DNA of 64,000 bases from an uncultured bacterium (GCA_963713955.1 OY970216.1:72075-136074), one strand, 5' to 3'; counted from the stretch's first letter, positions 27,171 to 38,066 are shown. Program-made: numbers and translations. Notes: generated by a model from the sequence alone, not told the origin.

Positions 27171-28178
27171 ATGGCACAAAGCAAGGAAGAGAAAACAAAA
27201 AACACGGAGCCGGAAAACCTGGAGCAGCTCTTGAGGCCGAAAAGTTTCGGTGAGTACGTTGGCCAGGAAAAAGTAAAAACAAACCTCAAACTCATCATAG
27301 AGGCGGCCAAGGGGCGAAACGAGAGCCCCGATCATTTGCTCTTCTATGGGCAGGCGGGTCTCGGGAAAACGACTTTGGCTTACATTATTGGGAAAGAAAC
27401 CGGAGTTGGCATTCGTTCCACCTCCGGGCCGGCTCTCGAAAAGCCCGGCGACATAGCGGCAATACTCTCCAATCTGGAGCCGAACGAAATTCTCTTCATC
27501 GACGAGATACACCGCATCAATAAGCTGGTAGAAGAAATCTTTTACCCCGCGCTCGAATCGAGAAAACTCCATCTCGTGATCGGCAAGGGGCCCTCAGCAA
27601 AAACGTTCACCTTGGATCTGCCGCCCTTCACGGTCATCGGCGCCACGACGAAAATAAACCTCCTTTCCGCTCCGCTCCGATCAAGATTCGGCGCCACGTT
27701 CAAGCTCGACTACTACCAAAACGAGGACGTGGAAAAGATCATCAAGCGCTCGGCTCGGATCCTGAAGGTCGCCGCGACCGACGGGGCAATCAAGAAACTT
27801 GCCGGAGCATCACGGTTCACCCCGCGGGTTGCAAACCGCCTTTTGAAACGCACCCGGGACTACGCCCAAGTCAATAAAAAAGAAACGATAGACGAGGAGG
27901 TGGTTAAAAAAACACTCGAGATGCTGGAAGTAGACTCCTTGGGACTCGAGGAAACCGATCGGGAACTCTTAAGAATTATCATCAATAAATTTAACGGCGG
28001 ACCGGTCGGCCTCAAAACACTCGCGGCGGCCTTGAACGAAGAAATGGAAACAATTGAGGAGGTTTACGAGCCGTTCCTCATGAAAATAGGATTTCTTCAG
28101 AGGACGCCGTCGGGCCGGGTTGCGACAAGGCTGGCATACGAGCATCTGGGACTTGATAAAGAAAAGAAACTCCTTTGA
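27171..28178 (+). CDS. ruvB: Holliday junction helicase RuvB
   Basis: LRPKSFGEYVGQ, GQAGLGKTTLA, FIDEIHR, PLRSRFG, TPRVANRLL and GGPVGL. Confidence 0.97.
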   Translation: MAQSKEEKTKNTEPENLEQLLRPKSFGEYVGQEKVKTNLKLIIEAAKGRNESPDHLLFYGQAGLGKTTLAYIIGKETGVGIRSTSGPALEKPGDIAAILSNLEPNEILFIDEIHRINKLVEEIFYPALESRKLHLVIGKGPSAKTFTLDLPPFTVIGATTKINLLSAPLRSRFGATFKLDYYQNEDVEKIIKRSARILKVAATDGAIKKLAGASRFTPRVANRLLKRTRDYAQVNKKETIDEEVVKKTLEMLEVDSLGLEETDRELLRIIINKFNGGPVGLKTLAAALNEEMETIEEVYEPFLMKIGFLQRTPSGRVATRLAYEHLGLDKEKKLL

Positions 28179-28627
28179 CGTTCGAAACTAAATCGGCGAA
28201 CGAAACGTTGAAATTGGCGAAACTCTTCGGCCAGACCGTGCGGAAAAGCGGCAAGGGACCATTCGTCGTCGCCCTCGAAGGCGATCTCGGCGCCGGGAAA
28301 ACAACCTTCATAAAAGGCCTGGCCCGCGGCTTGGGCCTCACAAGGAGAATCACGAGCCCCACATTCCTCATGGTGAGGAGATACGAACTTCCGGCAGATT
28401 CCGGCGAATTCAAAAACCTCTACCACATCGACGCCTACCGAATGCATTCCGCGCGGGATCTCAAAGTGACGGGAGGCGCGGAGGCGCTCCGCGGCAAGAA
28501 GAACATCGTCGCCGTGGAGTGGGCCGACCGCATCAAAAGATACCTTCCCCCGGATGCCGTATCCGTAAAAATAACACACCGGGAGGAAAACGAGCGGGCG
28601 CTTTCCTTCGCGCGAAAGAAAAAATAA
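28175..28627 (+). CDS. tsaE: tRNA t6A biosynthesis ATPase TsaE
   Basis: LEGDLGAGKTTF, ITSPTF, YHIDAYR and VEWA. Confidence 0.93.
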   Translation: MTFETKSANETLKLAKLFGQTVRKSGKGPFVVALEGDLGAGKTTFIKGLARGLGLTRRITSPTFLMVRRYELPADSGEFKNLYHIDAYRMHSARDLKVTGGAEALRGKKNIVAVEWADRIKRYLPPDAVSVKITHREENERALSFARKKK

Positions 28628-31071
28628 TGAAGAAGCTTCTTCTCATTGACGCCAATTCGTTGATCCATCGGGCTTTCCATGCTCTTCCGCCCTTGACCTC
28701 AAAAGAGGGTAGGCCGTCCGGCGCCCTGTACGGCCTCGCGAGCATTCTCCTCAAAGTCATGCGGGAAGAAAAACCGGATTACGTCGCGGCGGCTTTCGAC
28801 CGTCCCGAGCCGACGTTCCGGAAGGAGATGTTCGGCGACTACAAAGCGACGAGACCTAAAGCGCCCGACGAGCTCGTGTCCCAGATCGTGGAAGCAAGAA
28901 ATCTTTTCGAGGCATTCCAAATAAAAAGTTTTGAAAGCCCCGGCTTCGAGGCGGACGATATCATCGGAACCGCCGCCGCGAAATTCGGCGGAGAGAAGGA
29001 TCTCACGGTAAAAATCCTGACCGGAGACCTCGACGCGCTCCAGCTCGTAAGAGGGGGGAAGGTGGTCGTCGAGATTTTGAAAAAGGGCGTGAGTGAAACG
29101 GCGACCTACGACGAGGCGGCCGTCACCGAACGGTACGGGCTCACACCCCAAAAACTCCCCGACTACAAAGGACTTGTGGGGGACAAATCAGACAACATCC
29201 CCGGCGTCAAAAACATCGGGCCGAAAACAGCGGAAGAGCTCATTAAGAGATACGGCGACCTCGAGGGCATATTCGCCGCGTCGGACCCTGGCGACAAGGC
29301 GAAGGCGAAAATCGTTCCCTCCCGGGAGATCGCCTTCCTTTCCCGGAAGCTCGCCACGATCAAAACGGACGTCCCCGTCGAACTTTCTCTCAACCATCTC
29401 AAATTCGACGGGCTGGACGAGCGCTCACTCGTCCCCTACTTCGAAGAGCGGGGGTTCGAGAGTCTGATCAAACGGCTGCGCCCCGGAGAGAAAACTGATG
29501 CGCGCGAAAACGAGAGCGAAGCGGAGGAAACGAAAACGCTGAACGCCTTCTTCGTGGAGCCGGGAAGCGACCTCGGTCCGGCCAAGTTCCTCAGCAAGAA
29601 CGCGGCGGTCGCCTGGGAGTGGAAACCGATTATGAAAAACCTGATAAAGGATTCCAAGCCGATCCCGCCGAACGTTTTCGACATCACGGTTGCCGCATGG
29701 CTTCTCAATCCCGACTCGGGGAGCGTGCCGCGAGAGGAGATAAGCAAAAAATACGGCTCCTTTTCTTGGAAAAACTTGTTCGCAATCCTGGAGAGGAAAA
29801 TCGAAAAAAACGGCCTGGCGGACGTCTTTTACCGAATAGAGATGCCGCTCATCGAAGTTCTGGCTCGGATGGAACTCTGGGGAATCAGCATAGACAAAAA
29901 AGCAGCGGCTGAAACGCGCCGAGAACTCGAGGGGGCCCTCGGGAAAGCGGCCGCCGAAATATACGCCGGTGCCGGCGCCACTTTCAACATCAACTCCCCG
30001 AAGCAGGTTTCCGAAATCTTGTTCGAAAAACTGAACCTGAAGTCTTCTAAGGGAAGGAAAACGAAAAGCGGACGGTTTTCCACCTCGTCCGACGCCCTGT
30101 CAAAATTGAAAGGGATGAAAATTGTGGATGCGATACTCGAATACCGGGGAATGTCCAAAATGATGTCGACCTACCTCGATCCGATCGTGAACCTCACCAA
30201 TGAAGACGGAAGGTTGAGGACGACGTTCCTCCAGACGGGAACATCCACGGGGCGCCTCGCGTCGGAAAAACCGAATCTCCAGAACATACCTCAAGAGTCC
30301 ATTTGGTCAAAAAAAATAAGGGATGTCTTCGTGGCCGAGGACGGTTTCTCGCTCGTTTCCTTCGACTACTCTCAACTGGAACTCCGCCTCCTGGCTCACG
30401 TTTCGGGGGACAAAAACCTCAAGGAAGCATTCGCCAAGAACCTGGACATCCACAAGATCACGGCTTCCCAGATTTTCGGCGTGCCGCCGAACCTCGTGAC
30501 CAAAGAAGAACGGAGAATCGGGAAAACGCTCAACTTCGGCATCGTCTACGGAATGGGAGCGAGGGCCCTGAGTGAAACCGGCGGGATTGGGCTCAAGGAG
30601 GCTGAAACGTTCATCAAGAAATACTTCGAGCGATTCCCTGCGATAAAAACCTGGCAGGAGAAGGTGAAAAAAGAAGTTGCCGTAAAGGGTTTCGCGGAGA
30701 ACATGAACGGAAGAAAGAGATGGTTCACGGAGAGTTTCAACCCCATGACCAGATCGGAAAACGAGCGGGCGGCCGTCAACATGCCCATCCAAAGCTTGGA
30801 GGCGGACATTCTGAAAACAGCGATGACGCGTGCGATGTCATTCATGAAGGAGAATGGCCTCGCCGATTCCCGCATGAGACTCCTTCTCACCATTCACGAC
30901 GAATTGCTCTTTGAAATGCAGGATGATATTCTAAGGGAAATAATACCCAGGATATCGAACATCATGGAAAAAACCGACGGCGTGAGCGTCCCCTTGACAG
31001 TCGAGGTAGGGCGGGGCAAAAAGTGGGGCTCACTCAAAAAACATGAACCTGAACCCGGCAAAATTCTTTAA
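28627..31071 (+). CDS. polA: DNA polymerase I (5'-3' exonuclease plus polymerase, reduced middle domain)
   Basis: LIDANSLIHRAFHA, EADDIIG, GDKSDNIPGV, TGRLAS, DYSQLELR, KTLNFGIVYG and IHDEL. Start at MKKLLLID. Confidence 0.95.
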   Translation: MKKLLLIDANSLIHRAFHALPPLTSKEGRPSGALYGLASILLKVMREEKPDYVAAAFDRPEPTFRKEMFGDYKATRPKAPDELVSQIVEARNLFEAFQIKSFESPGFEADDIIGTAAAKFGGEKDLTVKILTGDLDALQLVRGGKVVVEILKKGVSETATYDEAAVTERYGLTPQKLPDYKGLVGDKSDNIPGVKNIGPKTAEELIKRYGDLEGIFAASDPGDKAKAKIVPSREIAFLSRKLATIKTDVPVELSLNHLKFDGLDERSLVPYFEERGFESLIKRLRPGEKTDARENESEAEETKTLNAFFVEPGSDLGPAKFLSKNAAVAWEWKPIMKNLIKDSKPIPPNVFDITVAAWLLNPDSGSVPREEISKKYGSFSWKNLFAILERKIEKNGLADVFYRIEMPLIEVLARMELWGISIDKKAAAETRRELEGALGKAAAEIYAGAGATFNINSPKQVSEILFEKLNLKSSKGRKTKSGRFSTSSDALSKLKGMKIVDAILEYRGMSKMMSTYLDPIVNLTNEDGRLRTTFLQTGTSTGRLASEKPNLQNIPQESIWSKKIRDVFVAEDGFSLVSFDYSQLELRLLAHVSGDKNLKEAFAKNLDIHKITASQIFGVPPNLVTKEERRIGKTLNFGIVYGMGARALSETGGIGLKEAETFIKKYFERFPAIKTWQEKVKKEVAVKGFAENMNGRKRWFTESFNPMTRSENERAAVNMPIQSLEADILKTAMTRAMSFMKENGLADSRMRLLLTIHDELLFEMQDDILREIIPRISNIMEKTDGVSVPLTVEVGRGKKWGSLKKHEPEPGKIL

Positions 31072-32365
31072 GAACTTCCTCTTTTACTCCCGGCGCGGCG
31101 GGTCCGGCTTCATCGTCCTCCTCGCTCTTTTCATCGCACTCGCGGTTGTAAACGCCGTCTTCGCTCCCGGTATCTTGGCTCTCGCGGATCTTATCCTTTT
31201 TCTCGTAACTCTTGTTTACCTCACCGCCTCGTACCAAAAAATACTCAAGGCGAGTTTTGAAAACAAGACCAAAAATCTGGAACTCGAATCCGTGATCCAA
31301 AACATAAAGGACGGCATCTTGGTTTACGATTCAAATTCCACAATACTCGACGCAAATAAGGCGGCTCTGGAAATATTCGGTCTCACAAAAAATGAAATGT
31401 TGGGACTTAAGGTGGAACCCGGCATGTCGGCTGATCCCAAGTTCAAAGTACTGACTCAGACGGTTTTCCCTTCGCTCGCCTCGTCTATCAACACAGTCTC
31501 GGACTCTGGCTGGCCCAAGGTAGTGGATCTGACGTTCGAGGACCCTCACCTTGAACTCAGAACCGCACTGAATCAGATTCTGAACGACCGAGGAGAAGCG
31601 GTGGGTTTCCTCAAAATAATAACCGACAACACGAGAGAAAGCACAATCCTCGAGTCGAAGAGCGAATTCTTAACGGTCTCCGCCCACCAGCTCCGGACAC
31701 CGCTTACGGCCATAAACTGGACGTTCGAAAGCCTGAAGTCGCTCCTTGGAGAAAACCCCGCCGAAAAGAAAGAGGAGGTGGCAAATTTGATCAACGAGGG
31801 GTGGGGTCTTTCCCGGAGATCGCTTAAAATCATCGATGACCTCCTCGACGCGACAAAAATAGAAGAAGGTAAATTTGGGTTCACCTTCACGAAGGTGAAC
31901 CTCGTCGATCTCATGAAAACTCTCAAAAAATCCGCCGAGACGATAGCCAAGGAATACGGCATAAAGGTTTCCCTCACCTCCAGGTCCGACCGGTACGAGG
32001 TACGGGCGGACGAAGAGAGGCTTGGTATGGCCATAACCAACATTCTCGACAACGCCATAAAGTACAACGTGAAGGGAGGCGCCGTGGACATTCTCGTAGA
32101 AGAGGGGAGCCCAGGGGGTGGGACGGTGAAGATTAGTATATCCGACACGGGAATAGGAATACCCAAGGAAAGCCTCGGAAAGATTTTCCAAAAATTTTAC
32201 CGAAGCGAGAACGCCCAGAGCGTGGAACCCAACGGGAGCGGACTCGGTATGTATATCACAAAGAACATCATTGAGGCGCACGGAGGGAAAATTCACGTCG
32301 AGTCCCAAATCGGGAGGGGTACGACGTTTTGGTTCACGTTGCCACTCGACAAAGGCCAACTATAA
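31043..32365 (+). CDS. PAS-domain sensor histidine kinase
   Basis: Two TM helices, PAS, H-box SAHQLRTPL, NILDNAIKY, DTGIGI and GSGLGMYI. Confidence 0.92.
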   Translation: MNLNPAKFFKNFLFYSRRGGSGFIVLLALFIALAVVNAVFAPGILALADLILFLVTLVYLTASYQKILKASFENKTKNLELESVIQNIKDGILVYDSNSTILDANKAALEIFGLTKNEMLGLKVEPGMSADPKFKVLTQTVFPSLASSINTVSDSGWPKVVDLTFEDPHLELRTALNQILNDRGEAVGFLKIITDNTRESTILESKSEFLTVSAHQLRTPLTAINWTFESLKSLLGENPAEKKEEVANLINEGWGLSRRSLKIIDDLLDATKIEEGKFGFTFTKVNLVDLMKTLKKSAETIAKEYGIKVSLTSRSDRYEVRADEERLGMAITNILDNAIKYNVKGGAVDILVEEGSPGGGTVKISISDTGIGIPKESLGKIFQKFYRSENAQSVEPNGSGLGMYITKNIIEAHGGKIHVESQIGRGTTFWFTLPLDKGQL

Positions 32366-32419
32366 CAGCACGGGCGGCGTGCAGGGGGTTTTCGTGAACG
32401 CGGAGCTCCAAAACCAGAC

Positions 32420-32893
32420 ATGATCATCATGGGCATAGATCCGGGGAACGTGAGAGCCGGGTACGGATTCATAAAAAAATCACCCGGAGGCCTTTACCAC
32501 ATCGGGAGCGGCATTTTAAACATACGAAGATCGGGGAACGCGGGCGCGGAACTCTACTCACTCGAGAAGGATCTCTTAAGATTGGTCGATAAATACAAAC
32601 CCGGCGTAGCGGGGCTGGAAAAGCTTTTCGTATCGAAAAATCTCAAAACGGTCATGGGCGTCGCCGAGGCCAGGGGAATAATTCACAAGGTCATTTTCCA
32701 GAAAAAGATCAGGCTTGCGGAACTCGCGCCCCAGACCGTCAAACTGGCCGTAACAGGAAGTGGGCGCGCCGACAAAAAGGCGGTCGCAAAAATGGTGGGT
32801 CTCCTTCTTAAAATAAACACAAGTGCACTTTTGGACGACGTGACTGATGCACTCGCCATCGCGATAGCAGCGAGCGCGGGGTTTGACATTTAA
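32420..32893 (+). CDS. ruvC: Crossover junction endonuclease RuvC
   Basis: MGIDPG, EKLF, AEARG, TGSGRADK and DDVTDALAIA. Confidence 0.93.
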   Translation: MIIMGIDPGNVRAGYGFIKKSPGGLYHIGSGILNIRRSGNAGAELYSLEKDLLRLVDKYKPGVAGLEKLFVSKNLKTVMGVAEARGIIHKVIFQKKIRLAELAPQTVKLAVTGSGRADKKAVAKMVGLLLKINTSALLDDVTDALAIAIAASAGFDI

Positions 32894-32951
32894 AAAACGT
32901 TAACTATAATTTCAATTCAATAATGAAAAGGTCGCTCTTCACTAAAAAGTC

Positions 32952-33155
32952 ATGACAACAGCCGACTTAAAAACTCTCAACTTCGCTTTTGCTCAGAAAC
33001 ACGGCGACGACGATGAAAACGAAGGATTGGGTGGCAATGCCGGGAACGACGTCGACGAAGACGGCGAGAAAGAATTGGAATTGGGAGAAAATATGGACGG
33101 AGACGAATTGGAGCTCGACGACGATGATTTTATAGAAGAATCGGAAGATCTCTAA
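32952..33155 (+). CDS. Small, extremely acidic protein
   Basis: 67 aa, D/E-rich; own TTGACA-16-TATAAT promoter (32883-32910) and a downstream hairpin with U-tract. Confidence 0.7.
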   Translation: MTTADLKTLNFAFAQKHGDDDENEGLGGNAGNDVDEDGEKELELGENMDGDELELDDDDFIEESEDL

Positions 33156-33291
33156 AGGAACTTTTTGCCCCGCACTTTCCCCGAATCACTTGAGGGTGCG
33201 GGGTTTTTGTTTCACTTCGAGGCTTATCCTCGTAAGCGCGGCTGGAAAACCAAGTTCAATTGTAATAGTATAGTCTCTATAAACCAACTAG

Positions 33292-35448
33292 ATGTCCTTC
33301 AAAATAAAAAAGAGAGGCGGGAAAAGAATTGTGCCGGAAGCGATGTTGGTTCTCTCATCGCTTCTCACGATCGCGGTCGCTGCCTCCGTCGTATACGTCA
33401 TCATACTCGTGAGGACTCTCCCGACGCCGGATCAATTCCAATTCCACCAGACAAGCCAATCGACCAAGATTTACGACAAAACCGGTACCGTGCTCCTCTA
33501 CGAGATACACGGCGAGGAAAAAAGGACCGTCATACCATTTTCCGACATACCGGCATATCTCAAGGAAGCAACGATCGCCATTGAGGACGCAAACTTTTAC
33601 ACAAGGCCGGCTTTCGATTGGGAGGGGATACTCCGATCAATTTGGGCCGACATAAGGGCCGGCGCGCCGGTTCAGGGCGGATCAACCATAACCCAGCAGC
33701 TTGCCAAAAATATATTCCTCACGTCAGCAAAAACGCTGAGCCGCAAAGTAAAGGAATTGATTTTAGCCGTAGAACTGGAATCGAAATATTCCAAAGATCA
33801 GATCTTGGATTATTACCTGAACCAGATACCGTACGGCTCCAACGCCTACGGCGTCGAAGCCGCGAGTGAGACTTACTTCGGAAAGCCGGCAAAAGACCTC
33901 GACCTGGCGGAATCGGCAACCATCGCGAGCCTCCCCCAAGCCCCGAGTTACTATTCTCCCTGGGGCGACCACGTGAGCGAGCTTGTTTCGAGGCAGCACT
34001 ACGTTTTGGAAAGAATGGCCGATCTCAGCTATGTAACGAAAAGTGAGACCCAGGCCGCCGAGAACGAAAAACTGGACTTCGCTCCCGCGTCGCTTGGGTC
34101 TATAAAGGCCCCCCACTTTGTCATGGCCGTCAAGGACTATCTCACCAACAAATACGGCGAAGACATGGTCATGAATGGCGGGCTTAAAGTGATCACGACT
34201 CTCGATTGGAGTATGCAACAGGCCGCCGAGGAAACAATAAAAACCGGCGTCCTGCGGAACGCGAAGCTCTACGACAGTAAAAACGCGGCACTCTTGGCTG
34301 AGGATCCGAAAACGGGCCAAATCCTCGCCCTCGTGGGATCTGCTGATTACTTCGATGAGAGTATTGATGGAAACTTTGACATGCCCCTCCAGGGGCTCCG
34401 ACAACCGGGCTCATCCCTGAAACCTTTCGTTTATTTGAAGGCTCTGGAGGACGGCTATTCGCCGAACACGGTCGTCTGGGATGTCCCCACTGAATTTGTG
34501 CCCGGAAACCCGATATGCAAAACTATACCCGACTTCAACGACAATTCAACTGATTACCGGACTAACTGCTTCCATCCCCAAGATTTCGAGAACTTCCAGG
34601 GACCAGTTGAATTCGAGCAGGCGCTCCCTCAATCGATAAACGTCGCAGCCGTCAAGGTGCTCTACCTTGTGGGCCTCCAGAACATCCTCGACGAATTAAA
34701 AAACTTCGGGATAACGACTCTCAACGACCCCTCCCGTTACGGTCTTTCTCTGGTTCTTGGGGGGGGTGAAATAAAATTAATAGATCTTATAAAAGCCTAC
34801 TCCGTTTTGTCGCAGGAGGGGATCCTCCACGACCAAAGCATGATTTTGGAAGTCGACGATTCTAATGGAACTGTCTTGGAAAAATACCAGGACAGTTCGA
34901 GGGTAGTCGATAATCCAACTTATATACGATGGATAAATTACATCCTTTCCAACGCCGATCTCCGGGCACCCCTTTACCAAGCGAGTTTAAATCTCACCGT
35001 ATTCCCCGGCCACGCTGTCGCCCTGAAGACGGGGACAACCAATGACTACCGGGATGCTTGGGCGATGGGCTACACTCCGTCGCTTGCCGTCGGCGTCTGG
35101 GCAGGCAATAGCGACAACACCCCAATGCAGAGAAATGGGTCGAGTATTCTGGCGGCCGTACCCATGTGGAGCGATTTTCTAAACAAAGTTCTTCCTTCTT
35201 ACCCCGATGAGCAATTCACGTCGCCGGATCCCTTATCCCCATCCCCCAAACCCATGCTGAACGGGCAGTACGTAAACAATTCTCAAATTCACTCTATATT
35301 GTACTACGTGGACAAAAACAATCCCACGGGACCAGTGCCCGCAAGTCCGGCAAGCGATCCCCAATTCATTGATTGGGAGGCTGGCGTCCTCAATTGGGCC
35401 TCTCAAAACATACCCAACCTTTCCTCCTACAATAGATTTACCCCCTGA
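33292..35448 (+). CDS. Class A penicillin-binding protein (PBP1A family)
   Basis: Transglycosylase AIEDANF, QGGSTITQQLAKN, RKVKE and YLNQIPYG; transpeptidase SSLK, SIN and KTGT. Confidence 0.93.
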   Translation: MSFKIKKRGGKRIVPEAMLVLSSLLTIAVAASVVYVIILVRTLPTPDQFQFHQTSQSTKIYDKTGTVLLYEIHGEEKRTVIPFSDIPAYLKEATIAIEDANFYTRPAFDWEGILRSIWADIRAGAPVQGGSTITQQLAKNIFLTSAKTLSRKVKELILAVELESKYSKDQILDYYLNQIPYGSNAYGVEAASETYFGKPAKDLDLAESATIASLPQAPSYYSPWGDHVSELVSRQHYVLERMADLSYVTKSETQAAENEKLDFAPASLGSIKAPHFVMAVKDYLTNKYGEDMVMNGGLKVITTLDWSMQQAAEETIKTGVLRNAKLYDSKNAALLAEDPKTGQILALVGSADYFDESIDGNFDMPLQGLRQPGSSLKPFVYLKALEDGYSPNTVVWDVPTEFVPGNPICKTIPDFNDNSTDYRTNCFHPQDFENFQGPVEFEQALPQSINVAAVKVLYLVGLQNILDELKNFGITTLNDPSRYGLSLVLGGGEIKLIDLIKAYSVLSQEGILHDQSMILEVDDSNGTVLEKYQDSSRVVDNPTYIRWINYILSNADLRAPLYQASLNLTVFPGHAVALKTGTTNDYRDAWAMGYTPSLAVGVWAGNSDNTPMQRNGSSILAAVPMWSDFLNKVLPSYPDEQFTSPDPLSPSPKPMLNGQYVNNSQIHSILYYVDKNNPTGPVPASPASDPQFIDWEAGVLNWASQNIPNLSSYNRFTP

Positions 35449-36544
35449 TCGGCATCACGATATACCGGGTTCCCTGCTCCTTGGGACTCGCTATTTCCGC
35501 TGCTTTGTCCGGAGAATTAAGATTCAAGCTTATTTCCTTGCCACCGTAAATCCTCAACCCGTCAAGGAGATACTTCCAATTGAAGATGGTGGTGAATTCA
35601 TCCCCTTTTATTTTTGCCGGTATATTGTAGCGACTCTCGCCAACCGAGCTCTCGGATGAAAAAACTTCCAAAAACTTCCCGTTCTCGCCCGCTTTCAACT
35701 TGATATCATTGGCCTTGCCGGAAAAGGTCCCCACGAGTTTTATAGCGTTGGCAAATTCCTCTTTATCGAGAAGGACTTCGGTCTTGAAGCCTTTCGGGAC
35801 TATCGATTTGTAATCGGGGAATGATCCGTCTATCGTCCGGGAGATGATTTTTTCCTTCTCGCTCTCAATCAGCACTTGGTTCGAGTCAACAAAGAGCGAA
35901 ACTTCATCGGAACCACCAAACATCCGGAGGGCTTCCTGAACCGTCCTGATTGGCATGATCAGCGAGAAATCCTCCAGAGTCGACTCAAATCTTCCGTCCC
36001 CAATTTTCACCTCAGAAAGGCGGAAACTGTCCGTACCGACGAAGGTGAGGGCCCCGTCGGACTGGCTCAAGTAAACTCCGCTTATTTCCGGCCTTATCGC
36101 CGAATACTGCACGGAAATGGACGAGTTCCTCAAGACGTACCTAAACTCATCTGTTTTTATTTTTATGTTCTGTTTCCGGTTCGCCACCTCGGGGATGATC
36201 GGAAATTCCTTCGGGTCCCCATCCTGGATAACCCCCTCGTAATTATCAGAACTTACCAATATCTTTCCCCCTCTCCCCTCGACCGTTATTCTTTCGGAGT
36301 TCAGGTTTCTCACAACGGAACTAAAAACAGAAAACGGAACGACCAGCTCGCCACCCTCAAGGACTTTCCCGGAAGTGGAATACTCCACCGCTATCTCGAG
36401 GTTTGTCGAAACAAAAACGATGTCTCCCCCCTGCGCTTTGATGAGAAAATTTTTCAATATCGGTAAATTGACGTTTTCGCCGACGCCCCGCTCAACGCTC
36501 GACAGCGCTTCTAATAGGTTTGTTCTTAATATAATTACTTTCAT
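35438..36544 (-). CDS. dnaN: DNA polymerase III beta sliding clamp
   Basis: STNLEI, GTDSFRL, SRTIDGSFPDY and YIVMPIR; downstream of dnaA. Confidence 0.96.
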   Translation of the reverse strand: MKVIILRTNLLEALSSVERGVGENVNLPILKNFLIKAQGGDIVFVSTNLEIAVEYSTSGKVLEGGELVVPFSVFSSVVRNLNSERITVEGRGGKILVSSDNYEGVIQDGDPKEFPIIPEVANRKQNIKIKTDEFRYVLRNSSISVQYSAIRPEISGVYLSQSDGALTFVGTDSFRLSEVKIGDGRFESTLEDFSLIMPIRTVQEALRMFGGSDEVSLFVDSNQVLIESEKEKIISRTIDGSFPDYKSIVPKGFKTEVLLDKEEFANAIKLVGTFSGKANDIKLKAGENGKFLEVFSSESSVGESRYNIPAKIKGDEFTTIFNWKYLLDGLRIYGGKEISLNLNSPDKAAEIASPKEQGTRYIVMPIRG

Positions 36545-36695
36545 AAGTAGTAGTTGTTCCTGTGTTTTTGTGTATAACTCAATTATACTCCTCTTTTACG
36601 TCGTTTTGCGCCCTCTGCTTTTCTAATAACCTGGGGACAAAATATTCATTTGCGTTTTTCTGTCTTTGATTTTCTTTTAACCTTCCCCACCCTTT
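36545..36695. other. Probable oriC core in the dnaA-dnaN gap
   Basis: On the minus strand, TTATACACA (36577-36569) is followed by trinucleotide repeats CAA CTA CTA CTT (DnaA-trio-like). The gap is AT-rich and a further degenerate box lies at 36632-36640. Confidence 0.65.
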
Positions 36696-38066
36696 CTACA
36701 TCTTATACAATCTCTCTTTGATGAGCATTACTTTCTGGTTGAGTGCCGGATTTTGATTCATCCCGGATAATATTTTTTCGCAGGCGTGTATGGCCGTGGT
36801 GTGGTCCCTCTTGCCAAGCTTTTCTCCGATGTGCGGGTAAGACAACTTCAGGACGTCGCGCATGAGGAACATGGCTATCTGCCTCGGTTCGACGATTTCT
36901 TGTTTCCTGCCTTTACTGGTCATTTCCGAAGCGGGTATCTCAAAAAAATCTGCAACGGTCCTAATAATATCCCCTGCCGTTATATTCTTGGGCGTTACCT
37001 GTATCGCCTCGCTTATTATTTCATCAAGTTTTTTGCTGTCTATTTTTTGGTTTTTATACTGCTCATAGAACATAACCTTGTTCAAAACGCCCTCCAATTC
37101 CCTCATATTTCTCTGCACCTTGGAGGCTATTTCTTCAAGGATACTCTCTTCCACGAAGATCGATTGGACCTGTGATTTTGTTTTAAGGATGGCGAGGCGC
37201 ATCTCGTAGTCCGGATATGTTATGTCCGCAATCATGCCGCCCTCGAATCTTGATCGTAATCTCTCTTCTAGCGTCGGTATGGCCGACGGCGGCCGGTCGG
37301 AAGAGATGATTATCTGTTTGCTGTTTTCGTAGAGCGTGTTGAAGGTGTAAAAAAATTCCTGCTCCGTCGCCGTCTTGCCGCCGATGAATTGAACGTCGTC
37401 TATGATGAGGACGTCGACGTCGCGGTATCTTTTCTTCATATCCTCGGTTCTCCTGTTGCGGAGGGCCCACACCACGTCGTTTATGAATTTCTCCGACGAG
37501 GTATAGAGAACCCTCACGGAATTTTTGTAGTGTCCCGCTATCTCGTTCCCAGTCGCTTGGAGGAGATGCGTTTTGCCGAGCCCCACGCCGCCGTAAATGA
37601 AGAAGGGGTTGTACTTTTTCCCGACGTTCTTGACGATGGCTTGGGCTGCGGCGACTGCAAGCTCATTGGAGGATCCGACGACGAAATTTTTAAACGTATA
37701 CTTTGGGTTGAGATTCGTCTTGGGGTCAACTTTCACGTCGAGAAGAGTTGATTGGAGATCTTCTCCTCGTTTTTTCTGGTCCTTTTCCGTATTGAGGGTT
37801 CCGTTTTGCGAACCCCGGTTTACGACCACATAGTCGACGTTCTTTATCGATCCCTCAAAACTCCTCAGCGAGGTGAGGATGATTTTGTGATATCTGTTTT
37901 TGACCCATTCCTTGGCAAAATTATTCGGCAGTCCCACGAGCACAACCCCCTCTTTTTTATCGAGGCTGACGAGTTGACTGTTTTTAAGCCATGTCAGAAA
38001 GTTCGGCTTTGATATCTGCAATTCCACGTCGCCCAAAACACTTTTCCAAATTTCTTTTTCTTCCAT
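36696..38066 (-). CDS. dnaA: Chromosomal replication initiator DnaA
   Basis: YTFKNFVVGSSN, YNPFFIYGGVGLGKTHL, IDDVQF, RLRSRF and RDHTT. Confidence 0.98.
   Translation of the reverse strand: MEEKEIWKSVLGDVELQISKPNFLTWLKNSQLVSLDKKEGVVLVGLPNNFAKEWVKNRYHKIILTSLRSFEGSIKNVDYVVVNRGSQNGTLNTEKDQKKRGEDLQSTLLDVKVDPKTNLNPKYTFKNFVVGSSNELAVAAAQAIVKNVGKKYNPFFIYGGVGLGKTHLLQATGNEIAGHYKNSVRVLYTSSEKFINDVVWALRNRRTEDMKKRYRDVDVLIIDDVQFIGGKTATEQEFFYTFNTLYENSKQIIISSDRPPSAIPTLEERLRSRFEGGMIADITYPDYEMRLAILKTKSQVQSIFVEESILEEIASKVQRNMRELEGVLNKVMFYEQYKNQKIDSKKLDEIISEAIQVTPKNITAGDIIRTVADFFEIPASEMTSKGRKQEIVEPRQIAMFLMRDVLKLSYPHIGEKLGKRDHTTAIHACEKILSGMNQNPALNQKVMLIKERLYKM

Noticed and set aside
32927-32935. Recurring AAAGGTC(G) motif upstream of a few genes (also near 20575 on the minus strand and 23286)
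   Set aside because: There are only two or three instances at variable distances, which cannot be separated from chance without a genome-wide count.
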